Positions 34,692-45,057 of a DNA stretch of 64,000 nt are shown in pieces. The notes below the pieces were generated by a model. That model ran no database searches and was not told the origin of the DNA. It saw only the letters and a program-made list of their open reading frames with translations. The DNA lies in the NCBI GenBank assembly GCA_047495785.1, contig JBLDXI010000012.1:186001-250000 (forward strand), written 5' to 3'. The DNA is from Lepidodermella squamata. Its lineage: Eukaryota; Animalia; Gastrotricha. A program made the translations under genes and the position numbers. How positions within the stretch are numbered: the first letter of the stretch is position 1; every line of letters starts with the position of its first letter.

Positions 34692-35316
34692 TTAGCGCAC
34701 GAGGACCACTCTAATTTTCTTGATTTGCCGGAATAGCCTAGCCTGTGGCCGGTTGAAGTTAGCAAACATGTGCCGGCTTGCATTTTTGATATTTTCCTTC
34801 GAATTAACAACACCTCGTATGACGCCGTCTTTACCATGCACTTGGTTCGTATGCTGGCTTCGATTCATCACTCGATTATCGTTATTATTCACGGCATGCC
34901 GCTTTGTTCGCATCGCATTTTCATACATCGAATAGAAAAACCCAGATGGGCAGTCGCCGTAAACTACACAGAGCGGGCGGTATTTCGAATTCAGAGTAAT
35001 TCTAGGAATTTTTGGAATATCTGGCACAAGAGGCATGTTCGAAGATCTTGCCGACCGCTTCCGCCCGTTCAGCTTCAAGTTTAGCGATAATCGATTCCTA
35101 AAAAAAAATCGATTTTTAACTTGTTTTTATTGATTTTTAAAATAGGACGAACCTGAATCCGCCTGACGTTCGCAGGGTTTCGATATTTTTCGGTTTTAGC
35201 TGCCTTAATTTTGTGGCTTCCTGATTTTCATGACGGCCAGACGGAATAATATCGAACGCAATCGCAAATGATGAGCACAATGCAATTGTTAAAATTAAAA
35301 TTATAGAACGAGACAT
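34692..35316 (-). CDS. Two-exon secreted precursor (189 aa) with CVVYGDC ring; exons 35316-35153 and 35097-34692
   Basis: 55-nt GT..tttttttttAG intron (35152-35098) joins signal peptide MSRSIILILTIALCSSFAIA in frame to the 34692 ORF (..GGFR-NRLSLNLKLNGRKRS..). Confidence 0.85.
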
Positions 35317-35645
35317 TTTTTCACTCAATGACGAAGTTCACACCCTCTATAAAGTGCGATTGAAATCAGCATCTGGCTTCCGTTTCCGGCTATACATATA
35401 ATATAATAACGTCATTATCATCAGCTGTGCGGGATGGTCAATCAAAAGTGTAATTTGATGCCTGACCATCCTAATGATTTATTTATTCGATTGCGTGCCA
35501 CTTTTTTGGTGAGGGGATTTACGCGTATTTTACGCCGTCTAATGATTCAAAACTTATATATATATAGGGATATAACAAAATCTGACGTCACTTATATGGC
35601 CTGAGTTTTATTTACTGTTTACGGCGTAATTTTACTTAATTATTG

Positions 35646-36113
35646 TCAAAATGCGTAAGGATTGCGGAACGCAGATTTGGACCCGTGCAGTTGAATTCGA
35701 ACCCTAGGCGAGGCTTGGGACAAGCTCAAGATCGGCTTGAAAACTGGCATATTCGGTGGTCGACTTGCCATGGCGGCTGCAGCTCGACCTCGGCCTGCCG
35801 TAAACGAATCAGAGAATTGGAAGCTGGGCTGGCCTATTTTCGCAACTTTATATGTATCAGTCGGAGATCGCTTTTCCTCGCCGCTCAGTTCATCCTCCCT
35901 AATTAAAAATAAAATTATTTAATTTTGTTCGGAATATTAACGGAAACTGTATCTATACTCAGACTCATTCTGGGTTTTAGGCAGTCGATAGATTAAACGG
36001 GGCGGAGTTCGGTTACCACCAGCTGACCCGGCGCTATGATGGTGGTAGAAAGCATGGCAGATTTGATGGGCAGTCAATGAAGCCGAAACTAAAATAAGGA
36101 CCAGAAAATTCAT
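35646..36113 (-). CDS. Two-exon secreted precursor (~135 aa); exons 36113-35959 and 35898-35646
   Basis: Signal peptide MNFLVLILVSASLTAHQICHA; 60-nt GTATAG..TAG intron gives an open frame E-EDELSGEEKR-SPTDTYKV..NPYAF*; donor could lie 6 nt upstream. Confidence 0.72.
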
Positions 36114-36502
36114 TGTTCTTTTGTTAAAATGATCTCGCACATTTTAGTCACCCATATAAGAGGAGGTGTCAATCAATGCGTAGTAGAAGCACTTTGGTTA
36201 TAATTTATGCACTGAAAAACAATTCAGCGTGCGATTATCAGAGGGGGACTGGGCGGATCATCCCCAGCCAGTCCAGAAAAGAAAACATTTAAAACGTTTT
36301 AGAGCAGCTTTCAGCGGAAAATCTTCACTCGTATTCTTGGTTCAAATTACTTATAAAGTATCCTTGATGGCACCGTGAAAACGAAAACAATGACCCGAAA
36401 ACGAAAAATTATTTTACTGGTCACAAAACTAGTCTACATAGAAACATTTCACCCGTTACTATGGTTCAAAAAGTTTGAACGCCTCTTCGTTTTGTATCGA
36501 GA

Positions 36503-37144
36503 TTATTCCAAAATGTCGGTTTCATCTTCTGCCGTTTCTTCAGATCGCTTCTGAATATTGCTGTTATATTTCGATTCTGGCGCGTTGAAAAACCCGTAGC
36601 TGTAATCGGCCGGTTCAACTGGACGAACAGGCGGGGTTGTTTCTTCCTCGCGCTTTTCATACTCGTAGAATGAATCGTAATTCAACGAATTGCGCTGATT
36701 CATCATCTTCGCCAGAATATCGTCCAGGCCTTTATTATTCGGGCGGGTTTTAAGGTGGCTCGCTAGCATTTGAGGCGCTGGTTCTAGATCGGAGTAGTCG
36801 TTATTATTCGAAACTGACCGCTTTTTACGCTTCTCGGCAAACGAGTCGTAGTGAATCTGGTCGTTTTTAAGGAATCGGTGTCGATCCAGCAGGGTTTGGA
36901 TGAAAGCTGGGTCAACGCCGTTTGCGGCCAGAAATTCCGCAACAGCCGCTGCCTCGTTGGCTGTGTTAGATCTTTTTTCGTAGTACGAGTCATAATGAGC
37001 CACATCACCCCTCAGAAATTGCTGCTGAGTCATCAAATATCTAAAAATTGCCTCATCAATCGACTGCATCTCCTCCTGAAAGCTTCCCTGGCACATGAGA
37101 GCCAGAATAGTGGCGAAAATCGAAATTAGAGACGAGTAAAACAT
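36503..37144 (-). CDS. Multicopy prohormone, FLx5H[YF]DS[YF] peptide family
   Basis: Signal peptide; three related peptides each ending at EKR: HYDSYYEKR, HYDSFAEKR, NYDSFYEYEKR; RKKR site. Confidence 0.92.
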   Translation of the reverse strand: MFYSSLISIFATILALMCQGSFQEEMQSIDEAIFRYLMTQQQFLRGDVAHYDSYYEKRSNTANEAAAVAEFLAANGVDPAFIQTLLDRHRFLKNDQIHYDSFAEKRKKRSVSNNNDYSDLEPAPQMLASHLKTRPNNKGLDDILAKMMNQRNSLNYDSFYEYEKREEETTPPVRPVEPADYSYGFFNAPESKYNSNIQKRSEETAEDETDILE

Positions 37145-37893
37145 TCTAGAACTCTTGCAAAGAAATGATGATGAAGTTGAAAGTAAAAAAGTGGCTCAGC
37201 CGAATATAGTAACCTGTATTTTTGCGTCTGAGAAATCAAATGAAAGCCGAGTATATGCTTGGGCGAGAAGGCGTGGTATCACTATGCCTAGTTATAATTA
37301 AGTTACGCTATATGAGACATCCTGTTCGTTTACGACATCAGCTCACGGATCGTTCAACACAGTACATAGCTAGCCCATACCGTCTGCGGAGGCATCTATT
37401 TCCTGGCGAAAGGAGATTATTCACATTTTTTAAGTCGATTTGCTTCTTTCAAGCAAAAAAACAAGTGCCTGAAATTCTCAATGAAAAATATTGCTCAATC
37501 ACGAAAATTGCCCCTGAAAAATGTACCGAGCTGAAATTCCTGTAAAAAGAGGCGTGTTTACAGGCACTTATCATCATCAAACTTGTATTAAGTATATATT
37601 GGTGATGGGGAGTGTTTTCGATGGTTGGATCTGCAGTCGAATAGTCCGAGGAATTTCAGGAAAAATAAGTTGTTGAATCGAATTCCTTCAAATTAATTGT
37701 CGAGGAATGTCACCGCTGGTTCATGGTCTCAAATTTCACCCGAAGTTGACCTGGAAATGTTTGATTATCACCTTTAGTTGCATTCTAGAATTCAGGAAAC
37801 CGTGAGGGAGAAAAAAATCGGTACCTATATGTCAGCTTGATTTTATTAACAATTTGTTAACTATAATAATGTCTCGGTTTTTCGCTAAATATA

Positions 37894-38055
37894 CAGCGTA
37901 GCCAAACAATTCCGCAGGAGGCGAATTCGATGCGCATCATTTTAATAAGGAGTTTCATTGGCAAAAGAATGCTTGAAATTCTTCAACTTCTTAAAACTCC
38001 TAATTAAATTGATGCGCATCGAATTCGCCTTTTGCGAAATTTTTTGGCCACCCTG
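37894..38055. mobile_element. Hairpin MITE with Tc1/mariner-like ends
   Basis: ~62-bp imperfect arms CAGCGTAGCCAAACAATTCCGCAGGAGGCGAATTCGATGCGCATCA.. / ..TGATGCGCATCGAATTCGCCTTTTGCGAAATTTTTTGGCCACCCTG; TA at left flank only. Confidence 0.7.
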
Positions 38056-38178
38056 TTGACTAGATTCTTTCATTTGATTGTCTTTTGATCGAGTCAGGAA
38101 GGACAAATTTCAACAACACTGCAATTGCCAAATTTTGCACAAATTTACCATGCCAGTTAATGTTATGTGAAAATGGCA

Positions 38179-38385
38179 TCAATCATAATCCATCGGAGGC
38201 TTCCCGTTTTCTTGCCAAAACAGCTGCATTGGACCGCCCTTGTCAAAGTTTGCGTCGTCATGCGTTGGATGATTCATTAGGGCGTAGTGGAAGGTCATAG
38301 ATCGCTTTGCGATATTGCAGGTGGCAAAACCCAGAACAACGGCCAGTAGGACAAGGCAAAGTTGGAAAAAGTACTTAACGAACAT
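38179..38385 (-). CDS. Secreted peptide precursor
   Basis: ATG at 38385; signal peptide MFVKYFFQLCLVLLAVVLGFATC; KR site. Confidence 0.82.
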   Translation of the reverse strand: MFVKYFFQLCLVLLAVVLGFATCNIAKRSMTFHYALMNHPTHDDANFDKGGPMQLFWQENGKPPMDYD

Positions 38386-38827
38386 ATTGTTCAAATTGTT
38401 ATGAAGCACGAAATCCGGAGTAATTACATACCAATGAAATAGGACTAAGGACTATCGAATGTCCTGAAATTTGCCGTTTAATCTCATGACAATACTGCTA
38501 AAAATAGAAATAATATATCTTTTGGATGGAAATCAAAATTCCAGATGCGTCATTCCCCTGTCATGCGATGACTTGTTATTGTTGTTTTTGGCAGGCTTTG
38601 GCAAAATTCAGAAGCGTCAAATTACAAAACATGGGCCTTTAATGAATGTAAAGGCTAATAATACGGCTACTCCGTGCGAATGTGGGATGTCCCATTGCCT
38701 TTTGCGTCAGCCATTTTTTGCCGTTATACATGGCAATTATGTGGCTGGAGCCCAAAACAAACAATCCTGGTTTATCATGCATCATGAGAGACTAAGATCT
38801 TGTAATTAGCCACGCCCAATTTCGGAG

Positions 38828-38834
38828 TATAAAA
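38828..38834 (+). promoter_or_regulatory. TATA box of the DUF1566 gene
   Basis: GTATAAAAGG about 60 nt upstream of ATG 38892. Confidence 0.55.
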
Positions 38835-38891
38835 GGACCCTGTAAAAATATGGTGACATAATCTGTTTTCTCAAGATTTGAACCAGTGAAA

Positions 38892-40037
38892 ATGGCCTTG
38901 TTATTTCTGTTTATGATCTGCTTCTCGCGGCAAAGTGCTGCCGCAGCTGGGTTGACGTACCCTATCGTCGACACTGGTGTTCAGGACTTCACTAACGATA
39001 TCACGTACATATCAAAGCCGAACCCAGGCCAGGCTTACTACGGCCAGGATGGCAAATACCAAGGAAATCAACCCAGTTACAAGGACAACAATGACGGAAC
39101 CGTGACTGACCTCGTTACAGGTCTCATGTGGCAGAAGTCGATGGGCAGCAAGATGACCTATAACTCGGCGCTTAGTGCCGCTAAAACCTCACGCGTCGGA
39201 AATTACGCTGACTGGAGGGTCCCGACTATCAAGGAACTGTACTCCCTAATCCTGTTCACCGGTCAACTTGGCCCGAATGCTGCGTCGAAAAAGTTCATCG
39301 ACGATTACTTCGATCAACCCTATGGCAATACTTCAGCAGGCGAGCGGGACATTGATGCGCAAACTCTGAGTTCGACAATGTATCAAGGCTACGTCTTCGG
39401 CAACACTCAATGCAACTTCGGCGTCAATTTTATCGATGGTCGAATCAAATGCTACCCGCGCCACATGCCTTTCTACTTCAGATTTGTCCGCGGCTCGACC
39501 AACTACGGATTGAACGACTTTGTTTCAAACAAAGACGGAACAGTCTCTGATCGGGCGACTGGTCTAGTCTGGCAGCAGTCTGATAGCGGTAAGGGCATGG
39601 AGTGGAAAGATGCCTTGGCCTATTGCGAGAGCCTTGTCCTGGCTGGCCGGGATGATTGGCGTCTCCCGAACGCGAAGGAGCTGCAAAGCTTGGTCGACTA
39701 CAACCGAGGCCCGCAATCGACGAACACCGCCGCAATCAACCCGCTGTTCTCCGCCACTTCGATACCTGTGCCCAGTGGAGCGGCAAGTGCGTCGTCAGAG
39801 TTTGCTTTCTACTGGACCGGAACGACGCATAAGGACGGTCCTCAGCCTAATTTGGCGGCTTATGTGGCGTTTGGTCGTGCCTATGGCAAATCTTCGTCTG
39901 TTATTGACGTTCACGGCGCTGGTGCGCAGAGAAGTGACCCCAAAAGCACTCGGGGTCAAACTTACCCGCAATATTTCGGCCCTCAGGGTGACTTGAGGAC
40001 CGTCTACAACTTTGCACGATGCGTTCGAAACGCCTGA
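38892..40037 (+). CDS. Secreted tandem DUF1566 (Lcl C-terminal domain) protein, prokaryote-type
   Basis: Signal peptide; YPIVDTG..YYGQDG; two copies of NxDGTVxDxxTGLxWQ..WRxPxxKELxSL; C-terminal GAGAQRSDPK..GPQGD..YNFARCVR; intronless; AATAAA at 40123. Confidence 0.9.
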   Translation: MALLFLFMICFSRQSAAAAGLTYPIVDTGVQDFTNDITYISKPNPGQAYYGQDGKYQGNQPSYKDNNDGTVTDLVTGLMWQKSMGSKMTYNSALSAAKTSRVGNYADWRVPTIKELYSLILFTGQLGPNAASKKFIDDYFDQPYGNTSAGERDIDAQTLSSTMYQGYVFGNTQCNFGVNFIDGRIKCYPRHMPFYFRFVRGSTNYGLNDFVSNKDGTVSDRATGLVWQQSDSGKGMEWKDALAYCESLVLAGRDDWRLPNAKELQSLVDYNRGPQSTNTAAINPLFSATSIPVPSGAASASSEFAFYWTGTTHKDGPQPNLAAYVAFGRAYGKSSSVIDVHGAGAQRSDPKSTRGQTYPQYFGPQGDLRTVYNFARCVRNA

Positions 40038-40425
40038 AACTTCCAAACCATTTCCGTACAATAACTTAATGTACGCTGTTGATAAGCTGCTGATGAAATA
40101 ATATAATGCTGTGTCTCTTTTGAATAAAATTGGTTTTTTTCAATATTCAGCTCAGGATTTTTCAACCTTAAATTTCTGTCTCACCGCTTATAAGATCCTA
40201 CTCAAGTTAGGGGCGATTTGCTTTGATTTCGTCCAAGGAAAAGCAATCCATTGAGATCTAGATTAAATTGCTGAAACGAATTTCATCGTGCAAAACCTTG
40301 GCAAGAAATCAAAATGGAAAAAGAGAGTGAGGATGGGCTCCGAGGATCCAGCATAATATTCAAAAACACTGACGCTGCTCAGGCAAATCAATTTTTATTG
40401 CAATATATAATAGTTAAAATTCAAG

Positions 40426-40680
40426 CTATCGTCTTTTCTCGTTGTAATACGAATCGAAATGGATTTTAGGCCCAGTTAAAAAACGCTGATTAAGCTCCTT
40501 CATCACTTTGGACCACTTCGGAGGTCGCATTGCGACTGGAATTCCGTGGCCAATGTCCAATCCGTCTGGCATTTTAATTTTGAATCGCATCTGGCCGTTG
40601 GTCATCGCTAGCAGATCTAAAATTAGAAGACCTGTTATCAATGTTGACGCCGATTTTTCCAGCATTCTTTCAATTATCAT
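40426..40680 (-). CDS. Secreted precursor, FLx5H[YF]DS[YF] family
   Basis: Hydrophobic LITGLLILDLLAMTNG; C-terminal FLTGPKIHFDSYYNE-KRR; start may be 40665. Confidence 0.82.
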   Translation of the reverse strand: MIIERMLEKSASTLITGLLILDLLAMTNGQMRFKIKMPDGLDIGHGIPVAMRPPKWSKVMKELNQRFLTGPKIHFDSYYNEKRR

Positions 40681-41800
40681 AAAATTCTAATCGGAAAATT
40701 CCAAAGTTTTTCAAAAATAATAATTCAGGCCTAAGAGACGGAAATAGTAACAAATTTGTCTGAATTTTCTTGTCTGAAGTCTGAGTTGAATGAGTTTGTT
40801 TATAACTTGTCAATGACTCATTCTATGCCAAAAGTGACAATTGGCTTAGGAAACGCGATACTGCGCATTCCTGCGACAATCAATGCGACAAAAAATATTT
40901 CTCCGCTATTTTGGGAGCTAATATTTCTATAGTTGATAGCTACTTAAATATGTACGTCCATATAGTCGCAAATGAGTGATGAAAACTGACAGGACATCAA
41001 TTGACCGCATCCGATGTGCGTTGAAACCAGGCCGAAACAAGGGAACAAGTGAGTGGGCATCCTTCATTCAATTTAACATCGAACAAAAGCGTGTTTTTAT
41101 GTTTTCAAGTTCAAACTCCCATTCACGATAAATGTCAGATGGTGACCTTTCCTCAGGCGTGTTGCTGTCATCGGGAAACGTTTCGTCAGCTTTCATGCTC
41201 GAAAGACATCACGTTGATTCTGAATCAATATATTTCATATCGTCGTTCGCAGAATGAAGACAATTAAAATTTAGTCACGAAAGGTTCCTGAACCTAATGC
41301 CCCAGCTATGCTGAATTTAGCTCAATCCGACAATTTAAAAAGTATGCCTATTAATAATTTATTATTCAGTACCAGAATTCTGTGAAGGAGATGATTCATA
41401 GGCAATTCAATTAATGCGCGACTATCAGCGCGCAACCATTATCAAGAATCCGAACTAGTTTTTTCTTCCTACCTGGGGAATCCCAGATTTCCGGCAGAGC
41501 TAATAATAGATAATAGCTATAATAATGAAATGATATCCGAGCGAACTCGTGAAGCTTACCGCCCACTCTGACTTTCCGCTGCCGTCAATTTACAGCCTAA
41601 ATAGCTCGATATTTTATGAATGAAATGCCACCCCCATGGGTCATTAGACTGAACTTATAACGCCCCAGCTATATGTGTTGTAGTTACAAACACGTGAAGA
41701 ACAGCGCGCAGACAATCGATTTCAAAATAGCCGGCGAATGAGTTGCAGATTTTGTCCTAGACGTGAGAATTTTCTTAAATCTTCATAAACAACTTCATAA

Positions 41801-41864
41801 GTAAGTTGTCTCCAAATTGCTGGAACAAGTATTGAATATTGCTATTTTATTCTTATAATTTCAG
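41801..41864 (+). other. Probable 64-nt 5'UTR intron of the 41874 gene
   Basis: GTAAGT ... ATTTCAG ending 9 nt before the ATG. Confidence 0.6.
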
Positions 41865-41873
41865 CTTAACGAA

Positions 41874-42152
41874 ATGATCAGCATTTTGAATTTAATCCTG
41901 ATTGGTTACCTGTTTGACTTGGTCACTGGCCGACCTACTACTACTTCTGGCGAGCTCGGCCAACAATTTGCACCATTGCCCAACAAGCGACAGTCGATAG
42001 ATAGACCAACGCGATTTGGCAGGAAAATATCTTCCATCAACGATAGAAAAGTTAAGCAGATTCAAATAGTCATGTCCCACCGCCTGCAGCCTGCCCCTCC
42101 TTCCAATGCTTACATCATGCGACAACAAATCAGGGAACAAGCTAAAAGCTGA
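41874..42152 (+). CDS. RFamide neuropeptide-like precursor (pQSIDRPTRF-NH2)
   Basis: Signal peptide MISILNLILIGYLFDLVTG; KR-QSIDRPTRF-GRK. Confidence 0.85.
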   Translation: MISILNLILIGYLFDLVTGRPTTTSGELGQQFAPLPNKRQSIDRPTRFGRKISSINDRKVKQIQIVMSHRLQPAPPSNAYIMRQQIREQAKS

Positions 42153-42206
42153 TGTATATAGGTCTTTATTATGTGATATAAATTATTCAAGCTTGATGGA
42201 ACTTTT

Positions 42207-42515
42207 CTAGTTATTATTAAAAGATATGAAACTGTTCTGTTTTTTGTTCAATAGAGTTTGCACGGAATTCCCATCATCCTTCTTTGTTTTCTTGAGAGGT
42301 AGTCGTTTCCGGCCGATTTTGCTGTTTTTTTCCTGATATTTCGGGCGGAAAACTTTTGTTTTAGATGATCGGCGTTGTTGCTGATGAAGTATTGCATCTA
42401 TTTGCCGTTTAGCCACTCGCTCGAATACCAAAATTGTAAAGCAATTGGCAACTTCGAAATTCGCATGAATAAGAAAAATTCCCACAACGGCTAAGAAAAA
42501 TGCAATTCGACGCAT
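42207..42515 (-). CDS. Secreted basic precursor (KR..QQQRR..LNKKQ pair)
   Basis: Signal peptide MRRIAFFLAVVGIFLIHA; KR, RR and GRKR sites. Confidence 0.83.
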   Translation of the reverse strand: MRRIAFFLAVVGIFLIHANFEVANCFTILVFERVAKRQIDAILHQQQRRSSKTKVFRPKYQEKNSKIGRKRLPLKKTKKDDGNSVQTLLNKKQNSFISFNNN

Positions 42516-43070
42516 TTTTTGTCCTTTGGTTATAAATCAGGAGAAAATCCAATAGTTGATTATTCGCAACATCTCAGACGGTTTTTTCGGAGATGTAACT
42601 TGTGACTATAGAGCACGCATCCACAACAGGTGTATTTTCGGTGAATTTTAATTTTCCCCGCATTTTAAGGAGTGTGTTGATCTCGCCAATGCACTGCTAT
42701 ATGAGAGCCGCATGACCACGGTGACGCAATGCAACTGATGACGACACATCATTCGAGAAAAATCACTTGACCAGCACAGCCGGGCAAAACTGACCCGCGG
42801 AAATTCGGCATTCGGAACCAGCATTGAAGAATAGCAGCGAAATTATCGAACGAGTTAATATCCGGTCTAATTTAAGAATAATGCGTGGGATTAGCAGTTT
42901 TTCGCTCTTTTTGCCGGCTTTTGTCGAAAACATGTCTATAACTAAAGCTCCGTGTGATCTGCGAGTCAATCAGGAAACGACAATTAATGGCCATTTTTTC
43001 CACTTCACGTGTCCCGATTGAGAATCGATGATATAAGTCCTGAGCTAAAAAATATTAGTACTCTAAAAAC

Positions 43071-43379
43071 ATGAATCATTCTATAACAATTTTAGTAGTT
43101 TTTTTACTAGTTTCCAGTTTTTTCGTTGAATCTTTGGAACTACAGAGTGCTCTCAACGGGTCGAAACGGCTTTTCTCCGGTAAAGGATCGGCTCTTTCAA
43201 AACAAAAGCAGAAGAAAGTTATCGAACGCCTCGAAAGATTCATGTGGCAAAAATCTCCGCTCACGCAAGCCGACATAAACAACCCTGCTAAAATACCATG
43301 GCATCTACGGAAAACCGCGGATGCTATCCTCATTCGTCGATTCAAAGCTCTGAGTAGCAAAAACAAGAAAACGCCTTAA
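43071..43379 (+). CDS. Secreted basic precursor
   Basis: Signal peptide MNHSITILVVFLLVSSFFVES; KR site; TATA-like site upstream; AATAAA at the stop. Confidence 0.87.
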   Translation: MNHSITILVVFLLVSSFFVESLELQSALNGSKRLFSGKGSALSKQKQKKVIERLERFMWQKSPLTQADINNPAKIPWHLRKTADAILIRRFKALSSKNKKTP

Positions 43380-43462
43380 TAAAAATAATTCAAATCTGAT
43401 GTTTTATTTGTTCCAATATCTATGTCTAAAACTTAACGAAAATGGTTGTAGATGACTGTTTA

Positions 43463-43726
43463 TTAAGTCGATCCTCGAAGACTATGCTTGGCTTGGGACG
43501 CTTCTCGTTCTGTAGACAACCATTTCGCTGATTTTGTCCCATCCAAAGATCTCAAGCTCAGCAGAATACGGCGACGTAGCTTGTTAGGCTTCCAATCTGA
43601 TAGACGACGGTTGCTCTCCGCTTCCATTCCAGCTTTCGATGGTTTCAACAACTCCTTGCTGGCCTTCGAGTCGCATAGCACGCATGCTACGCTCAGCAGT
43701 AGTAAGCAGATAGTTGCTTGATGCAT
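43463..43726 (-). CDS. Secreted peptide precursor
   Basis: Signal peptide MHQATICLLLLSVACVLC; RR and RRR sites. Confidence 0.83.
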   Translation of the reverse strand: MHQATICLLLLSVACVLCDSKASKELLKPSKAGMEAESNRRLSDWKPNKLRRRILLSLRSLDGTKSAKWLSTEREASQAKHSLRGST

Positions 43727-44042
43727 CTTTCAAATATAGTTATGTATTTTCTATCTTTTTTATGAATGGAATTTTAGCTAGACAGAGCGTAGTTTTCTGA
43801 CGTATATAGTCCGATTGTGGATGGATTGCATTTGCGTGATTGAAGTCTGTTTTTCTCAAGGTCACAAGATGCAATTTACGAGAAAATTGCGCCACGAATA
43901 AATGTATACCCGCGCGTCCCTTTGGAATAACAAAATAACTCACACCTACCCGAAATCATTTTTTCCGAGGTTATAACAATTCGATTTATTTATTAAGATT
44001 GATTGACGGCCAGACATGTCTCTAGGCTAATAAGTCAGTAAT

Positions 44043-44294
44043 TTATGAGTCGAAATGCACGTCTTTTTGTGCCGAGGCCATTCTTCGGCTCCGGTCGTAA
44101 AACGAATCGTAGTGAACGTCACGGCCGACTAGGAAGCCGGGTTTTCCACGCATAAGAGCGCGTCTCAACGTTTGGCTGGCCAGGTATTCGATATCTTTAT
44201 TAGTCAGGCGAATGTTGTTGACGTAACATTTGGAGAAGCAGCAACAAAACGAGATGACCAATGCGGCAGGCAAAATAATTGAAATTCTAGCCAT
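44043..44294 (-). CDS. Secreted precursor, FLx5H[YF]DS[YF] family
   Basis: Signal peptide MARISIILPAALVISFCCCFSKC; FLVGRDVHYDSFYD-RSRR; second truncated copy DVHFDS*. Confidence 0.86.
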   Translation of the reverse strand: MARISIILPAALVISFCCCFSKCYVNNIRLTNKDIEYLASQTLRRALMRGKPGFLVGRDVHYDSFYDRSRRMASAQKDVHFDS

Positions 44295-44724
44295 TCTGAA
44301 AATAATTAAGCTTGATTTTTTATTAAAATAATTTAGTTTCCCGAATGGAATGAAACTGCTTATAATTTATTCCGAGTGGTTGCTAAAACAGTTCTTCAGG
44401 TAAATTTATTTTGTTTACCTAATTTTAGTAGAATTTCGCTCATCACCTCTTAGGAATTTTCGAATTAATCTTCCTAAGCGAACGTTGCAGTTTAAAAATA
44501 AAAATGAGCCCACGGAAATTGTACTTGAAATAGCATGATGTAAAGGTGGGTTGTATTTAGGCATGCTGAAGTGGATGACTATTCAGCCTCCAGTGTCTTT
44601 TTCAGGTTTGCATGGACATCGAGCCGAATACTACGTCTCGATGACTTGTTTTCATTTGAATACTAAAAATAGCTATATACAATAGCGTAGTTTTATTACG
44701 ATATACGATAAATTATAATGAAAT

Positions 44725-45057
44725 TCAAGTTTGATGCGTGTTTTTGGATTTATTCACCTTGGTTCTCTGCATTCCTTCAATAAGCCGGCGCCAGGTGTTC
44801 CCGTCCTGTTTTTTGTTAAGCATAACTTGAGGCCGAGATGGATCGGGAACAACCACGACTGGCATCCTTTGCCATTGCGCTTTCTCGATCTTATTCTCCG
44901 CAATCCGGTTCCTCCGCTGCTGTTGAAGTCTATTAGCCTTGAATATGCGCTTAGAAACTTCTTTCTCGTCTTCACTCGCCAACGACGAGAGGACTAGACT
45001 CAGCATTAGTAAGGCGATCCCCGCAGTCCGGTTAAAACACGAGCCGAAGTATTTCAT
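44725..45057 (-). CDS. Secreted basic precursor (KR..QQQRR..LNKKQ pair)
   Basis: Hydrophobic GIALLMLSLVLSSLA; probable 54-nt 5'UTR intron 45115-45062 (CAG|GTTAAT..TTTTCCCAG). Confidence 0.83.
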   Translation of the reverse strand: MKYFGSCFNRTAGIALLMLSLVLSSLASEDEKEVSKRIFKANRLQQQRRNRIAENKIEKAQWQRMPVVVVPDPSRPQVMLNKKQDGNTWRRLIEGMQRTKVNKSKNTHQT

